Origin: Pseudodesulfovibrio piezophilus C1TLV30
Lineage (GTDB): Bacteria > Desulfobacterota > Desulfovibrionia > Desulfovibrionales > Desulfovibrionaceae
Direction of reading: 5' to 3'
Assembly (NCBI RefSeq): GCF_000341895.1
Contig: NC_020409.1
Location: 3,092,411 to 3,124,410 of the forward strand
DNA length: 32,000 bases
Shown: positions 1 to 7,665 of the stretch, piece after piece
Position numbering within the stretch: the first letter of the stretch is position 1
How the letters are laid out: every line of letters starts with the position of its first letter
Notes under the pieces: model-generated
Database searches by the model: none
What the model saw: the letters and a program-made list of their open reading frames with translations, nothing else
What the model was told of the DNA's origin: nothing
Program-made: the position numbers and the translations under genes

Positions 1-2
1 TG

Positions 3-1085
3 TTTGCCAACAACCCGCTGACTGCCGTCTGTTCGTTGATCTGCCCGCACGAGAATTTTTGTGAGGGGCACTGTATCCTGGGAAAGAAAGGGGCACCTGT
101 TCAGGTGAGCAGTATTGAGCAGTATGTCTCTCGTTATTATCTGGAACAGTTCGATCCCGAACGGCCGGTGAACCAAAATAATGGCAAGCGGGTTGCTATA
201 GTTGGATCCGGCCCAGCTGGTATCACGGTGGCCTTTATCTTGGCAGCCCAGGGGTTTGATGTCACTGTTTTCGAGTCAAAAGAGCGCATAGGCGGCGTCC
301 TCCAATATGGTATCCCGGACTTTCGCCTGCCAAAGGATATTCTTGAAAAGCTCAAGGAAAAGCTCCAATCCCTCGGCGTGAAGATTCGCCCCAATATGCT
401 CATCGGACCTGTTGTCAGCATTGATGATCTGTTTCGGGACGACTACAAGGCTGTTTTCATCGGGACTGGGGTGTGGAATCCAAGACCGCTTCGGCTCAAG
501 GGTGAGACGCTGGGGAATGTGCATTATGCTATCCACTATCTCAAGAATCCCAAAGTTTACTCTCTTGGTCGCAAAGTCGCGGTTATCGGCGCGGGTAATG
601 TGGCAATGGATGTCGCACGGACAGCTCTTCGGGAGGGGGCGCAAGAAGTCACTATCCTTTACCGACGTGGTGAAGATGATATTTCTGCCACCAAATACGA
701 ATATGAATACGCCAAAATCGACGGTGTTCGGTTCAAATTCTATTCGTCACCGGTGGAAATCACGGAGAGAGGTGTTATTTGTGTGGAGACGCAGGTGGTC
801 CAGGGGGCGGACGGTCGAGCTGGAGTCGAACCTGTACCGGGGTCTGAATCGTTGTTTGAGGCCGACTCTGTCTTCATCGCTGTCAGTCAGGCTCCACGTA
901 ACAATCTGACCGGGTTGGAAGTTGGTAAGACCGGGCTGGTCATTACTGATGAAGATGGGCGTACCACGCGTTCCGGTGTCTTTGCATCGGGCGATGTTGT
1001 CACCGGAGCAAAAACCGTGGCGGAAGCCGTGAGTCTGTCCAAGCGGTCGGCACAAGCCATTATCGACTATATTGACGGTCTGTAG
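3..1085 (+). CDS. NAD(P)H-dependent oxidoreductase of the glutamate synthase small-subunit family (GltD/NfnB/SudA-like), 5' end outside window
   Basis: The frame stays open to base 3 (FANNPLTAVCSLICPHENFCEGHC, the Fe-S Cys cluster of GltD-like proteins). Two dinucleotide-binding motifs are present: VAIVGSGPAGITVA and VAVIGAGNVAMDVA. There is a C-terminal GVFASGDVVTG FAD motif and a TAG stop at 1083-1085. Confidence 0.85.
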   Translation, partial: FANNPLTAVCSLICPHENFCEGHCILGKKGAPVQVSSIEQYVSRYYLEQFDPERPVNQNNGKRVAIVGSGPAGITVAFILAAQGFDVTVFESKERIGGVLQYGIPDFRLPKDILEKLKEKLQSLGVKIRPNMLIGPVVSIDDLFRDDYKAVFIGTGVWNPRPLRLKGETLGNVHYAIHYLKNPKVYSLGRKVAVIGAGNVAMDVARTALREGAQEVTILYRRGEDDISATKYEYEYAKIDGVRFKFYSSPVEITERGVICVETQVVQGADGRAGVEPVPGSESLFEADSVFIAVSQAPRNNLTGLEVGKTGLVITDEDGRTTRSGVFASGDVVTGAKTVAEAVSLSKRSAQAIIDYIDGL

Positions 1086-1152
1086 GACGGTCGTTGCACT
1101 GAAGTTTCATGAGCGGTCCGGGGAGTTTGCTTCTTCGGGCCGTCCTTGTCAT

Positions 1153-1764
1153 TCAGTCTTGAAGGTCAGGCTCGGTTTCTTTGCTGTACAATTCTTCGAG
1201 TGATTTGGTGAAGTGGCGGACGATGGCGTTTTTGTCCAGTTGACTGCGGTTCTCTTCGGGCAGGAGGAAAAAACTCAGCGAAATGCCGACCAGGGAGGCC
1301 AATCCCAAAAAAGCCCTTGTGTCCCTGTCATCCCCTTTCATGAAACGGGCGCGGCGTTCTTTTTGCCGTAAGAAGTATTCGGACACCACATCGGAAACTT
1401 CTGGGTCCATGGCAGAGAGAAGAAGCAGTCGGAGTTTTTCTTTTCTCGGATTGTCATCCTCGGCAAGCAGCTCAGTCATGACCTCTCGAGCCAGGTTCTG
1501 TTCCCCGTGTGATGAGAGGACACTGTGCCCCATGGAGTGTACCACTTCATTGAAGAGTTTCTTCTTTGAACCGAAGTAGCGGTTGATCAGTGTGATATTG
1601 ACCCCGGCTGCTGCGGCAATGCTCCGCGTGCCGACGTTCTTGTAGATATCCTGTGAAAACAGTGTCCGTGCAGCGATGAGAATGCGTTTCTTTGTCTCTG
1701 CTGCGTTTCGCGGGTGGTGTTCAGGAGGCTTCTGGCTACTTGATGTGCCGTTCCGGACTGACAT
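1153..1764 (-). CDS. TetR/AcrR family transcriptional regulator
   Basis: The N-terminal HTH block TKKRILIAARTLFSQDIYKNVGTRSIAAAAGVNITLINRYFGSKKKLF is a TetR_N signature. ATG at 1764 is preceded by a GAAGGAA SD. Length is 203 aa. Confidence 0.9.
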   Translation of the reverse strand: MSVRNGTSSSQKPPEHHPRNAAETKKRILIAARTLFSQDIYKNVGTRSIAAAAGVNITLINRYFGSKKKLFNEVVHSMGHSVLSSHGEQNLAREVMTELLAEDDNPRKEKLRLLLLSAMDPEVSDVVSEYFLRQKERRARFMKGDDRDTRAFLGLASLVGISLSFFLLPEENRSQLDKNAIVRHFTKSLEELYSKETEPDLQD

Positions 1765-1820
1765 TTATGTAATTCCTTCTCTTTGTTCTTGACAGAAAGA
1801 ATCTTGTCACACTACTACTA

Positions 1821-1838
1821 TGTAGTCAACTGATTACA
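1821..1838. promoter_or_regulatory. Operator-like near-palindrome TGTAGTC-N4-GATTACA (candidate TetR site 1)
   Basis: The site reads tgtagtc aact gattaca, with 6 of 7 arm positions complementary. It has the same half-site as the perfect palindrome at 1965-1982. It lies 57 bp upstream of the tetR start and abuts the tandem repeat. Confidence 0.45.
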
Positions 1839-1840
1839 TA

Positions 1841-1910
1841 CGCCAATGCGGGCCAATGCGGGCCAATGCGGGCCAATGCGGGCCAATGCGGGCCAATGCG
1901 GGCCAATGTG
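1841..1910. repeat. Tandem repeat of seven 10-bp units (GGCCAATGCG)
   Basis: Read directly: cgccaatgcg, then ggccaatgcg five times, then ggccaatgtg, head to tail with no spacers. It sits in the 237-bp divergent tetR/mipA intergenic region. Confidence 0.97.
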
Positions 1911-1964
1911 GTTGACGTTGCTCGTGGTAGAGTGGTCAAAGAGTGTAGAAAATATTATACAAGC

Positions 1965-1982
1965 TGTAATCGTATGATTACA
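1965..1982. promoter_or_regulatory. Perfect palindrome TGTAATC-N4-GATTACA (candidate TetR site 2, over the mipA leader/promoter)
   Basis: ctgtaatc gtat gattacag has 8-bp perfectly complementary arms (1964-1983). It ends 19 bp upstream of the mipA ATG at 2002. Confidence 0.5.
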
Positions 1983-2001
1983 GAACGTCCGAGAGGGTCA
2001 T

Positions 2002-2766
2002 ATGACACAGGTAAAAAAGCTTTTTATTTTTGTTCTTATCAGTCTGCTGTTTCCTGCGATAGCGGCAGCGGAAGGATCATCCGAAAAGAATATCATCAGT
2101 CTGGGGGGAGGCATGCGCGTTTCCACATCGGAATACAAGGATGATGGCACCAGCATCTCCCCTGTTCCTCTTGTGAACTACGAGGGGGAATATTTTTTCT
2201 TGCGTGGGCTGACAGCCGGAGCGCACATTTACAAGGATGAGTTGAACGAATTGTCCTTGACCGTTTCCTATATGACGCAGAGTTTTGATGCGAGCGAAAG
2301 TGATAATAGTGCCATGCGGCAATTGGATGACCGCGATGCGAGCATGTTTGCAGGAGCCGCCTATAGGGTGAGTTCGGAGTGGGGGGTGGCCAAGCTGTCT
2401 TTGTCTGCAGATGTGCTTGATACCAGCCATGGTTTTATCGCTGATGCCTCATATGCTTATCCTTTCAAGATCTCCTTTCTCAAGCTCAGGCCCGTGGTCG
2501 GTCTTGAATGGACCAGTGAGGATTTCAACGACTATTATTATGGGGTCAGCGAAAAGGAGTCTCTGAAAAGCGGATTGGATCGATATCGGGCCGGGAGTGG
2601 GGTAAATCCTTATCTTGGGCTGAATTTGAAGATCAACCTTGCAGAAGATTTTGATCTGATGTTGAGTACCAAAGCTAAGAGCCTCAGTGAAGAGATTACC
2701 GATAGTCCCATGGTCGATCGGGATGTGAAGTATTCTTTTGGTGTCGGAATGAGCTATTCTTTTTAG
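2002..2766 (+). CDS. MipA/OmpV family outer-membrane protein
   Basis: Signal peptide MTQVKKLFIFVLISLLFPAIAAAEG. The block SLGGGMRVSTSEYKDDGTSISPVPLVNYEGEYFFLRG resembles the MipA family N-terminus. The amphipathic beta-strand pattern and C-terminal ..GMSYSF aromatic end are typical of OM barrels. Confidence 0.8.
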   Translation: MTQVKKLFIFVLISLLFPAIAAAEGSSEKNIISLGGGMRVSTSEYKDDGTSISPVPLVNYEGEYFFLRGLTAGAHIYKDELNELSLTVSYMTQSFDASESDNSAMRQLDDRDASMFAGAAYRVSSEWGVAKLSLSADVLDTSHGFIADASYAYPFKISFLKLRPVVGLEWTSEDFNDYYYGVSEKESLKSGLDRYRAGSGVNPYLGLNLKINLAEDFDLMLSTKAKSLSEEITDSPMVDRDVKYSFGVGMSYSF

Positions 2767-2960
2767 GAGCAGAGGGCCGCTTCCCTGGAGGAGGAGACGA
2801 CTGAGAGCGTACATTGGGCAGCTTTGTTGAATGATTTTGCTCCAACAAGTTGATTTTTGGGTTCGTTTGGGGCGACAGTAGGTTCCGAGTTCGGGGGGAT
2901 CATTCCCTCTCTTTGGGAGAGGGGAATGGTTCCGGGCCGTGTCACATTATCGGAGCTGAT

Positions 2961-4361
2961 ATGCAAGCACTCAAACTGAAAGTCTTTCTCCTTTTCATTG
3001 CCTACACCCTCTTCATGTTGCTCACCATGGGGATGTATTGGTGGAATATTGATGCCTTTCGTGAACGGTTGACCATTATGGACGAATTTCATGATGTGGT
3101 TTCGGATATTCTCGAAACACGGCGTTACGAAAAAAACTTCATGTTCTACCCTGAACCGAACAGCTTGAAAGAAGCTTTGGTCTACCTTGACAGAGCTGAA
3201 AAAACCGTTGGTTTGTTGCAGCCTAAAATTATCGCTATAGTCGGCCAGGAAACCTATGGCAATCTTGGGATCAGCATAAGCGAATACCGGGAACTTCTTC
3301 ACCAGCTTGCCCAGGGCGATAAATCGGTCGCTGTTCGGACGCGGCAATATGGAGCACGATTGGTGGAGTCGGCTCAGGATTTGCTCAAAAAGAAACAGCA
3401 AAGTGTTCATAATGCGCTGGACAGGATTTTGTTCCTGCCTATCGCGGTCATGCTAACAGTTCTGATCCTGATCACCCTCGTGTACATCTTGCAGGCCCGT
3501 AAGGTCTTGGAACATCTGAAGTATGTGCAGCGGGCTGCGGACGGGGTAGCCAAGGGTGATTACGAGGTCATTCAGAACCTCAGCAGTGAAGACCCGATAT
3601 CCATTTTGATGCGTTCTGCTTTTCGTAATATGGCCGATGAGTTGGATACCCGACAGGAACAGCTTGTGGAAGCGCGCAAGCTGGTTTCCATTGGAACTCT
3701 GACGTCCGGCATTGCCCATGAATTGAATAATCCTCTGAATAATGTTTCCCTGACAGCGGATACCCTGCTGGAAGAGTTGGATGATCTGCCTCGTGCCGAG
3801 ATGCGTGAACTTCTTCAGGATATCATCAACGAAACAGGCCGGGCCAGTGAAGTGGTTCGTAACCTGCTTGATTTTTCCCGTGAGGAACAACGTCCATTGG
3901 CTCGCTTGAGTATGGCGACGGTGGTGGGGCAGACTTTGCGACTGGTCGGAAATCAATTGGCGTTGCACGGGATCAAGGTCGAAGTGGACGTGCCGGAGGA
4001 TTTACCCAGTATTCGTGGCGATTTGCACTATCTGCAACAGGTTTTCATCAATCTCTTCCTCAATGCCGATCAGGCCATGGAGCAGGGAGGACTTTTACGT
4101 GTCGTGGGGAGACAAAATGATGAACACTTGTGCGTCGATGTCATTGATACCGGGTGTGGCATGGACAAGGCGACTCAGGAGCGAATTTTTGATCCGTTTT
4201 TCACGACCAAACCTGTTGGTGAAGGCACTGGATTGGGACTTTCCATTATCTACGGTATTCTCAAGAAGCACGGTGGGACCATCAGTGTGGAAAGTAAAGA
4301 AGGCAAAGGGACGACATTGACTGTTTGTCTGCCAATCATGAATGCTGATGAGGGAGTCTGA
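2961..4361 (+). CDS. Membrane sensor histidine kinase (2 TM, extracytoplasmic sensor, HAMP, HisKA, HATPase_c)
   Basis: Start moved from 2850 to ATG 2961, because MQALKLKVFLLFIAYTLFMLL is TM1. Motifs seen: H-box SGIAHELNNPLNNV, N-box NLFLNADQAM, G1 DTGCGM, F-box FDPFFTTK, G2 GTGLGLS. Confidence 0.9.
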   Translation: MQALKLKVFLLFIAYTLFMLLTMGMYWWNIDAFRERLTIMDEFHDVVSDILETRRYEKNFMFYPEPNSLKEALVYLDRAEKTVGLLQPKIIAIVGQETYGNLGISISEYRELLHQLAQGDKSVAVRTRQYGARLVESAQDLLKKKQQSVHNALDRILFLPIAVMLTVLILITLVYILQARKVLEHLKYVQRAADGVAKGDYEVIQNLSSEDPISILMRSAFRNMADELDTRQEQLVEARKLVSIGTLTSGIAHELNNPLNNVSLTADTLLEELDDLPRAEMRELLQDIINETGRASEVVRNLLDFSREEQRPLARLSMATVVGQTLRLVGNQLALHGIKVEVDVPEDLPSIRGDLHYLQQVFINLFLNADQAMEQGGLLRVVGRQNDEHLCVDVIDTGCGMDKATQERIFDPFFTTKPVGEGTGLGLSIIYGILKKHGGTISVESKEGKGTTLTVCLPIMNADEGV

Positions 4362-5722
4362 TGCAAGAATTTCGTGCAGCTGTCATTGATGATGAGACTC
4401 AGGCGGCGAAACTTGTCGGCCGGGCCTTGGAAAAGCTGGGATTTGAAGTCGAGACCTTCGGGCTCGGGCACACTTTTCTGGCGCGTATGGCCGAGGACCC
4501 GTTTCAACTCGCTTTTATCGATCTTAAATTGCCTGATGTGAGTGGCATCGCCGTTCTCGAGTCCATCAAAACAGGATTCGAAAATATAGAGGCGGTCATC
4601 ATAACTGGTCATGCCAGCATCCCCTCTGCCGTGGAAGCCACAGCCAAAGGTGCATCGAATTATATAGTCAAGCCGTTTCGCTTGCAGGAGGTCCGGTCCG
4701 TGGCGCGTGAAGCGCTGGAGAAGCTCGAGTTGCGGGAGGAGAATCTCCGTCTCAAGGAAGCTTTGCGGGAAACGCCCCCCCTCAAGGATTTTTTGGGGTC
4801 CAGTCAGGTCATGCTCGATGTTTTTGCCATGATACGCAAAATAGCCGGAGTGAACTGTAATGTCCTGCTTCAGGCGGATACCGGGACCGGCAAGGAGCGT
4901 GCTGCGCGGGCGATCCACGATCTCAGCCCGAGAAAAAACAAGACATTTGTATCGTTCAACTGTGGTGGCTTTACGGAAGAACTCATCTCAAGTGAATTGT
5001 TTGGTCACGAAAAAGGGGCGTTTACCGGGGCCACTGCCACCAAGATAGGACTGCTGGAATCCGCCAACGGGGGAACGGTTTTTCTTGATGAGATAGGAGA
5101 AATGCCTCCAAATATGCAGGTCAAGCTGCTCCATGTGATTCAGGAGAGAAGTATCCTGCGGGTGGGAGGTACCCAGCCCATTGAACTTGATATCCGTATC
5201 ATTGCGGCGACCAATCGGGATTTGCAGGAAGCAATGGCAGCCGGAGAGTTTCGTGAAGACCTTTTTTACCGATTGAATGTCGTAAGTATTTATCTACCAA
5301 CTTTGGCAGAGCGAAAGGCGGATATTCCCCTTCTGGCGAATCATTTTCTTGAAACCTTCAACGCCCGTTTCGGCAAGGGGGTGAAGTCCATTTCCTCTCA
5401 GGCCATGGAAGTGCTGACACAATATAATTATCCGGGCAATGTTCGAGAGTTGGAAAATATTGTGCAGCGGGCAGTCGCTTTGGCGGAAGGGGACGTCATC
5501 GGGACGCGGGAGCTGCCGCCGGATCTGCTCAATCTCGCTTTCAGCAGCATTGGTACACCGGGGCTTCTGCCTTTGGAAGTCGTGGAGCGGCGGCACATTC
5601 AGCATGTTTTGGAGGCCACGGGGTATAATAAGGGCTTGAGTTGTACTATTCTGGGTATCCCTCGGACCACACTTTGGCGTCGGATCAAACAATATGGGTT
5701 GGATGCCGGCGACGAAGAGTGA
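4361..5722 (+). CDS. Sigma-54-dependent response regulator (NtrC-family enhancer-binding protein)
   Basis: Receiver domain with D54 (AFIDLKLPD). AAA+ domain with Walker A GTGKE, the GAFTGA loop (EKGAFTGA) and Walker B FLDEIGE. C-terminal Fis-type [20 protein letters not shown]. The ATG overlaps the kinase stop (TGATG). Confidence 0.93.
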   Translation: MQEFRAAVIDDETQAAKLVGRALEKLGFEVETFGLGHTFLARMAEDPFQLAFIDLKLPDVSGIAVLESIKTGFENIEAVIITGHASIPSAVEATAKGASNYIVKPFRLQEVRSVAREALEKLELREENLRLKEALRETPPLKDFLGSSQVMLDVFAMIRKIAGVNCNVLLQADTGTGKERAARAIHDLSPRKNKTFVSFNCGGFTEELISSELFGHEKGAFTGATATKIGLLESANGGTVFLDEIGEMPPNMQVKLLHVIQERSILRVGGTQPIELDIRIIAATNRDLQEAMAAGEFREDLFYRLNVVSIYLPTLAERKADIPLLANHFLETFNARFGKGVKSISSQAMEVLTQYNYPGNVRELENIVQRAVALAEGDVIGTRELPPDLLNLAFSSIGTPGLLPLEVVERRHIQHVLEATGYNKGLSCTILGIPRTTLWRRIKQYGLDAGDEE

Positions 5723-5759
5723 AATGTCGGATAATATCGACCTGTATCTGGTTTTTCTT

Positions 5760-5782
5760 GCGGCTACGGCCGCTTTTTTTTT
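5760..5782 (+). terminator. Rho-independent terminator after the HK-EBP pair
   Basis: Hairpin GCGGC-TACG-GCCGC followed by a run of 9 T, located 38 nt after the EBP stop. Confidence 0.75.
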
Positions 5783-5810
5783 GGCTTTTCCGCAGTGAGA
5801 AAACAATCCT

Positions 5811-5824
5811 GTTCATTCTGAAAC
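5811..5824. promoter_or_regulatory. Copy 1 of exact 14-mer GTTCATTCTGAAAC (candidate enhancer/UAS element)
   Basis: Identical 14-mer to 6019-6032. It contains TTCA-N3-TGAA dyad symmetry. Confidence 0.35.
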
Positions 5825-6018
5825 ATCATTAAGTGCATTTCAGCGATCATATGACCTGCAAGGTCCTCTTTTGTATTCCAAAATGAAACACCAAAGTTGT
5901 GTTTCTCCTCGATTTTCTTCTCTTTGTTTATAGTAAAGTGTAATATTATAATAAGTTAAGACTGAGCGGATGGGTTTCTGTGCTCGCCGAGTCCGTTACA
6001 AAGAGCACAAAGTCAATG

Positions 6019-6032
6019 GTTCATTCTGAAAC
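6019..6032. promoter_or_regulatory. Copy 2 of exact 14-mer GTTCATTCTGAAAC (candidate enhancer/UAS element)
   Basis: Identical to 5811-5824. It lies about 107 bp upstream of the -24 GG of the sigma-54 promoter, a typical EBP binding distance. Confidence 0.4.
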
Positions 6033-6124
6033 GATTTTTTTGAGAAAAAAGCCACACCAGAAAGTGATTTCTTCTTATATTCATTTATTCCAAATAGTTA
6101 TATTTTTATCGATCTTCTGAAGTC

Positions 6125-6140
6125 TGGCATTGGCCTTGCT
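6125..6140 (+). promoter_or_regulatory. Sigma-54 (-24/-12) promoter
   Basis: TGGCAT-tggcc-TTGCT compares with the consensus TGGCAC-N5-TTGCW. GG (6126-6127) and GC (6138-6139) are separated by exactly 10 nt. It sits directly upstream of the USP operon and downstream of an NtrC-type activator gene. Confidence 0.75.
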
Positions 6141-6164
6141 ATTGGGCTGATGACGGAAAGAATT

Positions 6165-6596
6165 ATGAAGAACGTACTTATAGTAGTGGACGAATCGGAA
6201 TCAAGCCTTTGGCTGGCCTATTACGCAATGGGATTGACTCATCGTATTGCCGCCAAGGTCTCTATACTGTTGGTCATGGACAAGGAATACACCGACGTGA
6301 ATGAGGGCTCCGACGAATGGATCGGTTCACCGGAAAAGCGGTTGGAATCTGTTCTGGCCGAGGACCATTCCGAGAGGACTCATATCGATTTCTATGTGGT
6401 GCGAGGCAGAATGGAAGAGGAAGTCCCGAAATTCATTCGGGAGAATACCATTTCCAAGCTCTTTATCGGGAGTCCGCCGACCTGTCGGGCCGAGAGTTAT
6501 GCAAAGCTCATGAAGTTGATTGATACGGTGAATACGACGACCCACTGCGATGTGGAGGTGGTGCAGAAAGTTTCTGCACACACCAAGAGACACTAA
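6165..6596 (+). CDS. Universal stress protein (UspA-fold) family protein, single domain
   Basis: MKNVLIVVDESESSLWLAYYAMGL is a typical USP N-terminal strand plus helix. Start moved to ATG 6165 (GGAAAG 5 nt upstream), because ATG 6150 would coincide with the predicted sigma-54 TSS. No G-x2-G-x9-G(S/T) ATP motif is visible. Confidence 0.6.
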   Translation: MKNVLIVVDESESSLWLAYYAMGLTHRIAAKVSILLVMDKEYTDVNEGSDEWIGSPEKRLESVLAEDHSERTHIDFYVVRGRMEEEVPKFIRENTISKLFIGSPPTCRAESYAKLMKLIDTVNTTTHCDVEVVQKVSAHTKRH

Positions 6597-6733
6597 ACAG
6601 ATCGCCCTTTCAGTCATGGTTGTGAGGTGGATGGGCTGGTGACGGTATGGGCATGGCTCAACGCCGTAGACCGGAATAAAACGGTCGGGCACGGGGTCTG
6701 GATGATAGAAATCAAACCGTGGAGGAGTTCTTA

Positions 6734-7663
6734 ATGTTTCATATGTATCTTCCCATCGCCGGGAACAGCGTCAACGTATTCCTGGTTTTCGCCCTGGGAG
6801 GGTTCGTTGGCCTGCTTTCCGGCATTTTCGGTGTTGGAGGTGGGTTCCTGATGACCCCGTTACTTATTATGTTCGGCATTCCGCCGACCGTTGCTGCCGC
6901 ATCGGATTCCAATCAGATAGTTGGGGCGTCCACCTCGGGCTGTCTGGCTCACTACCGGTTGGGCAATGTGGATTTCAAGATGGGATTCCTGTTGCTTATC
7001 GGTGGTGTTCTTGGCGGATTTGCCGGGGTTCAGGTCATCAAGGTGCTCAAGGCCATGGGGAATGCCGACTTTTTGATCAATATCACATACGTTCTGATGC
7101 TTGGTGGTGTCGGGTCGTATATGTTCATTGAAAGCGTGCAGAGCCTGCGCAAGAAGACACCTGAAGTTGAAGTCGCTGCACCGCCCAAGAAAAAATCCCG
7201 GTATACGGTCATGTTGGAACGGCTGCCTTTCCAGACTGATTTCGCCAAGTCCGGTGTCCGCCTTTCCATGCTCATGCCTCTGGTTCTGGGAGTGTTGGTC
7301 GGGATACTCGCGGCTATCATGGGAGTCGGTGGTGGATTCATCATGGTTCCGATCATGGTGTATCTGCTTCGTATGCCCATGCATGTCGTGGTCGGTACCA
7401 GCCTGTTCCAGATATTATTTACCTGTATCAACGTGACCATCCTCCAGTCATACACAAATCATACTGTCGATTTCGTGCTGGCTGTTCTGCTGCTGCTCGG
7501 CTCCACCCTTGGAGCGCAGTTCGGTACACGTATCAGCCGCAAGCTGAAAGGCGAGCAACTCAAGATTCTGCTGGCCTCGCTGGTGTTGATTGTCATGGTC
7601 AAGATGCTGCTCAACCTGCTGCTCACGCCTGATGTGTTGCTTGCATACGCCGGAGGTCATTAA
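6734..7663 (+). CDS. TSUP (TauE/SafE, DUF81) family anion-exporter-like permease
   Basis: Two 4-TM halves each carry a G-rich motif: GIFGVGGGFLMTPLLIMFGIPPTVAAASD and AIMGVGGGFIMVPIMVYLL. ATG 6734 is preceded by GGAGGAG; the track start at 6719 is an upstream GTG. Confidence 0.85.
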   Translation: MFHMYLPIAGNSVNVFLVFALGGFVGLLSGIFGVGGGFLMTPLLIMFGIPPTVAAASDSNQIVGASTSGCLAHYRLGNVDFKMGFLLLIGGVLGGFAGVQVIKVLKAMGNADFLINITYVLMLGGVGSYMFIESVQSLRKKTPEVEVAAPPKKKSRYTVMLERLPFQTDFAKSGVRLSMLMPLVLGVLVGILAAIMGVGGGFIMVPIMVYLLRMPMHVVVGTSLFQILFTCINVTILQSYTNHTVDFVLAVLLLLGSTLGAQFGTRISRKLKGEQLKILLASLVLIVMVKMLLNLLLTPDVLLAYAGGH

Positions 7664-7665
7664 TC

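Noticed and set aside
1841-1910. Possible CRISPR-like or minisatellite array
   Set aside because: The units are only 10 bp long and directly abutting with no spacers, and no cas genes are present. It is a simple tandem repeat, not a CRISPR array.
1866-2144. 92-aa ORF starting inside the 10-bp repeat (MRANAGQCGPMRANVV...)
   Set aside because: Its N-terminus is just the repeat read in frame. It has no SD and overlaps the well-supported mipA gene out of frame. I treat it as an artefact of the repeat.
2850-2960. N-terminal extension of the kinase ORF (MIFGFVWGDSRFRV...)
   Set aside because: ATG 2961 begins exactly at the first transmembrane helix. The extension is Gly/Ser/Arg-rich and covers an imperfect hairpin (2901-2928), so it is more likely untranslated.
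2763-3410. 215-aa minus-strand ORF across the mipA/HK junction
   Set aside because: It is antisense to the kinase N-terminal sensor region, which has clear TM/HAMP organisation on the plus strand. It has no recognisable motifs. I treat it as a shadow ORF.
4250-4918. 222-aa minus-strand ORF
   Set aside because: It is antisense to the HK 3' end and the EBP receiver domain, both strongly supported. There is no motif content.
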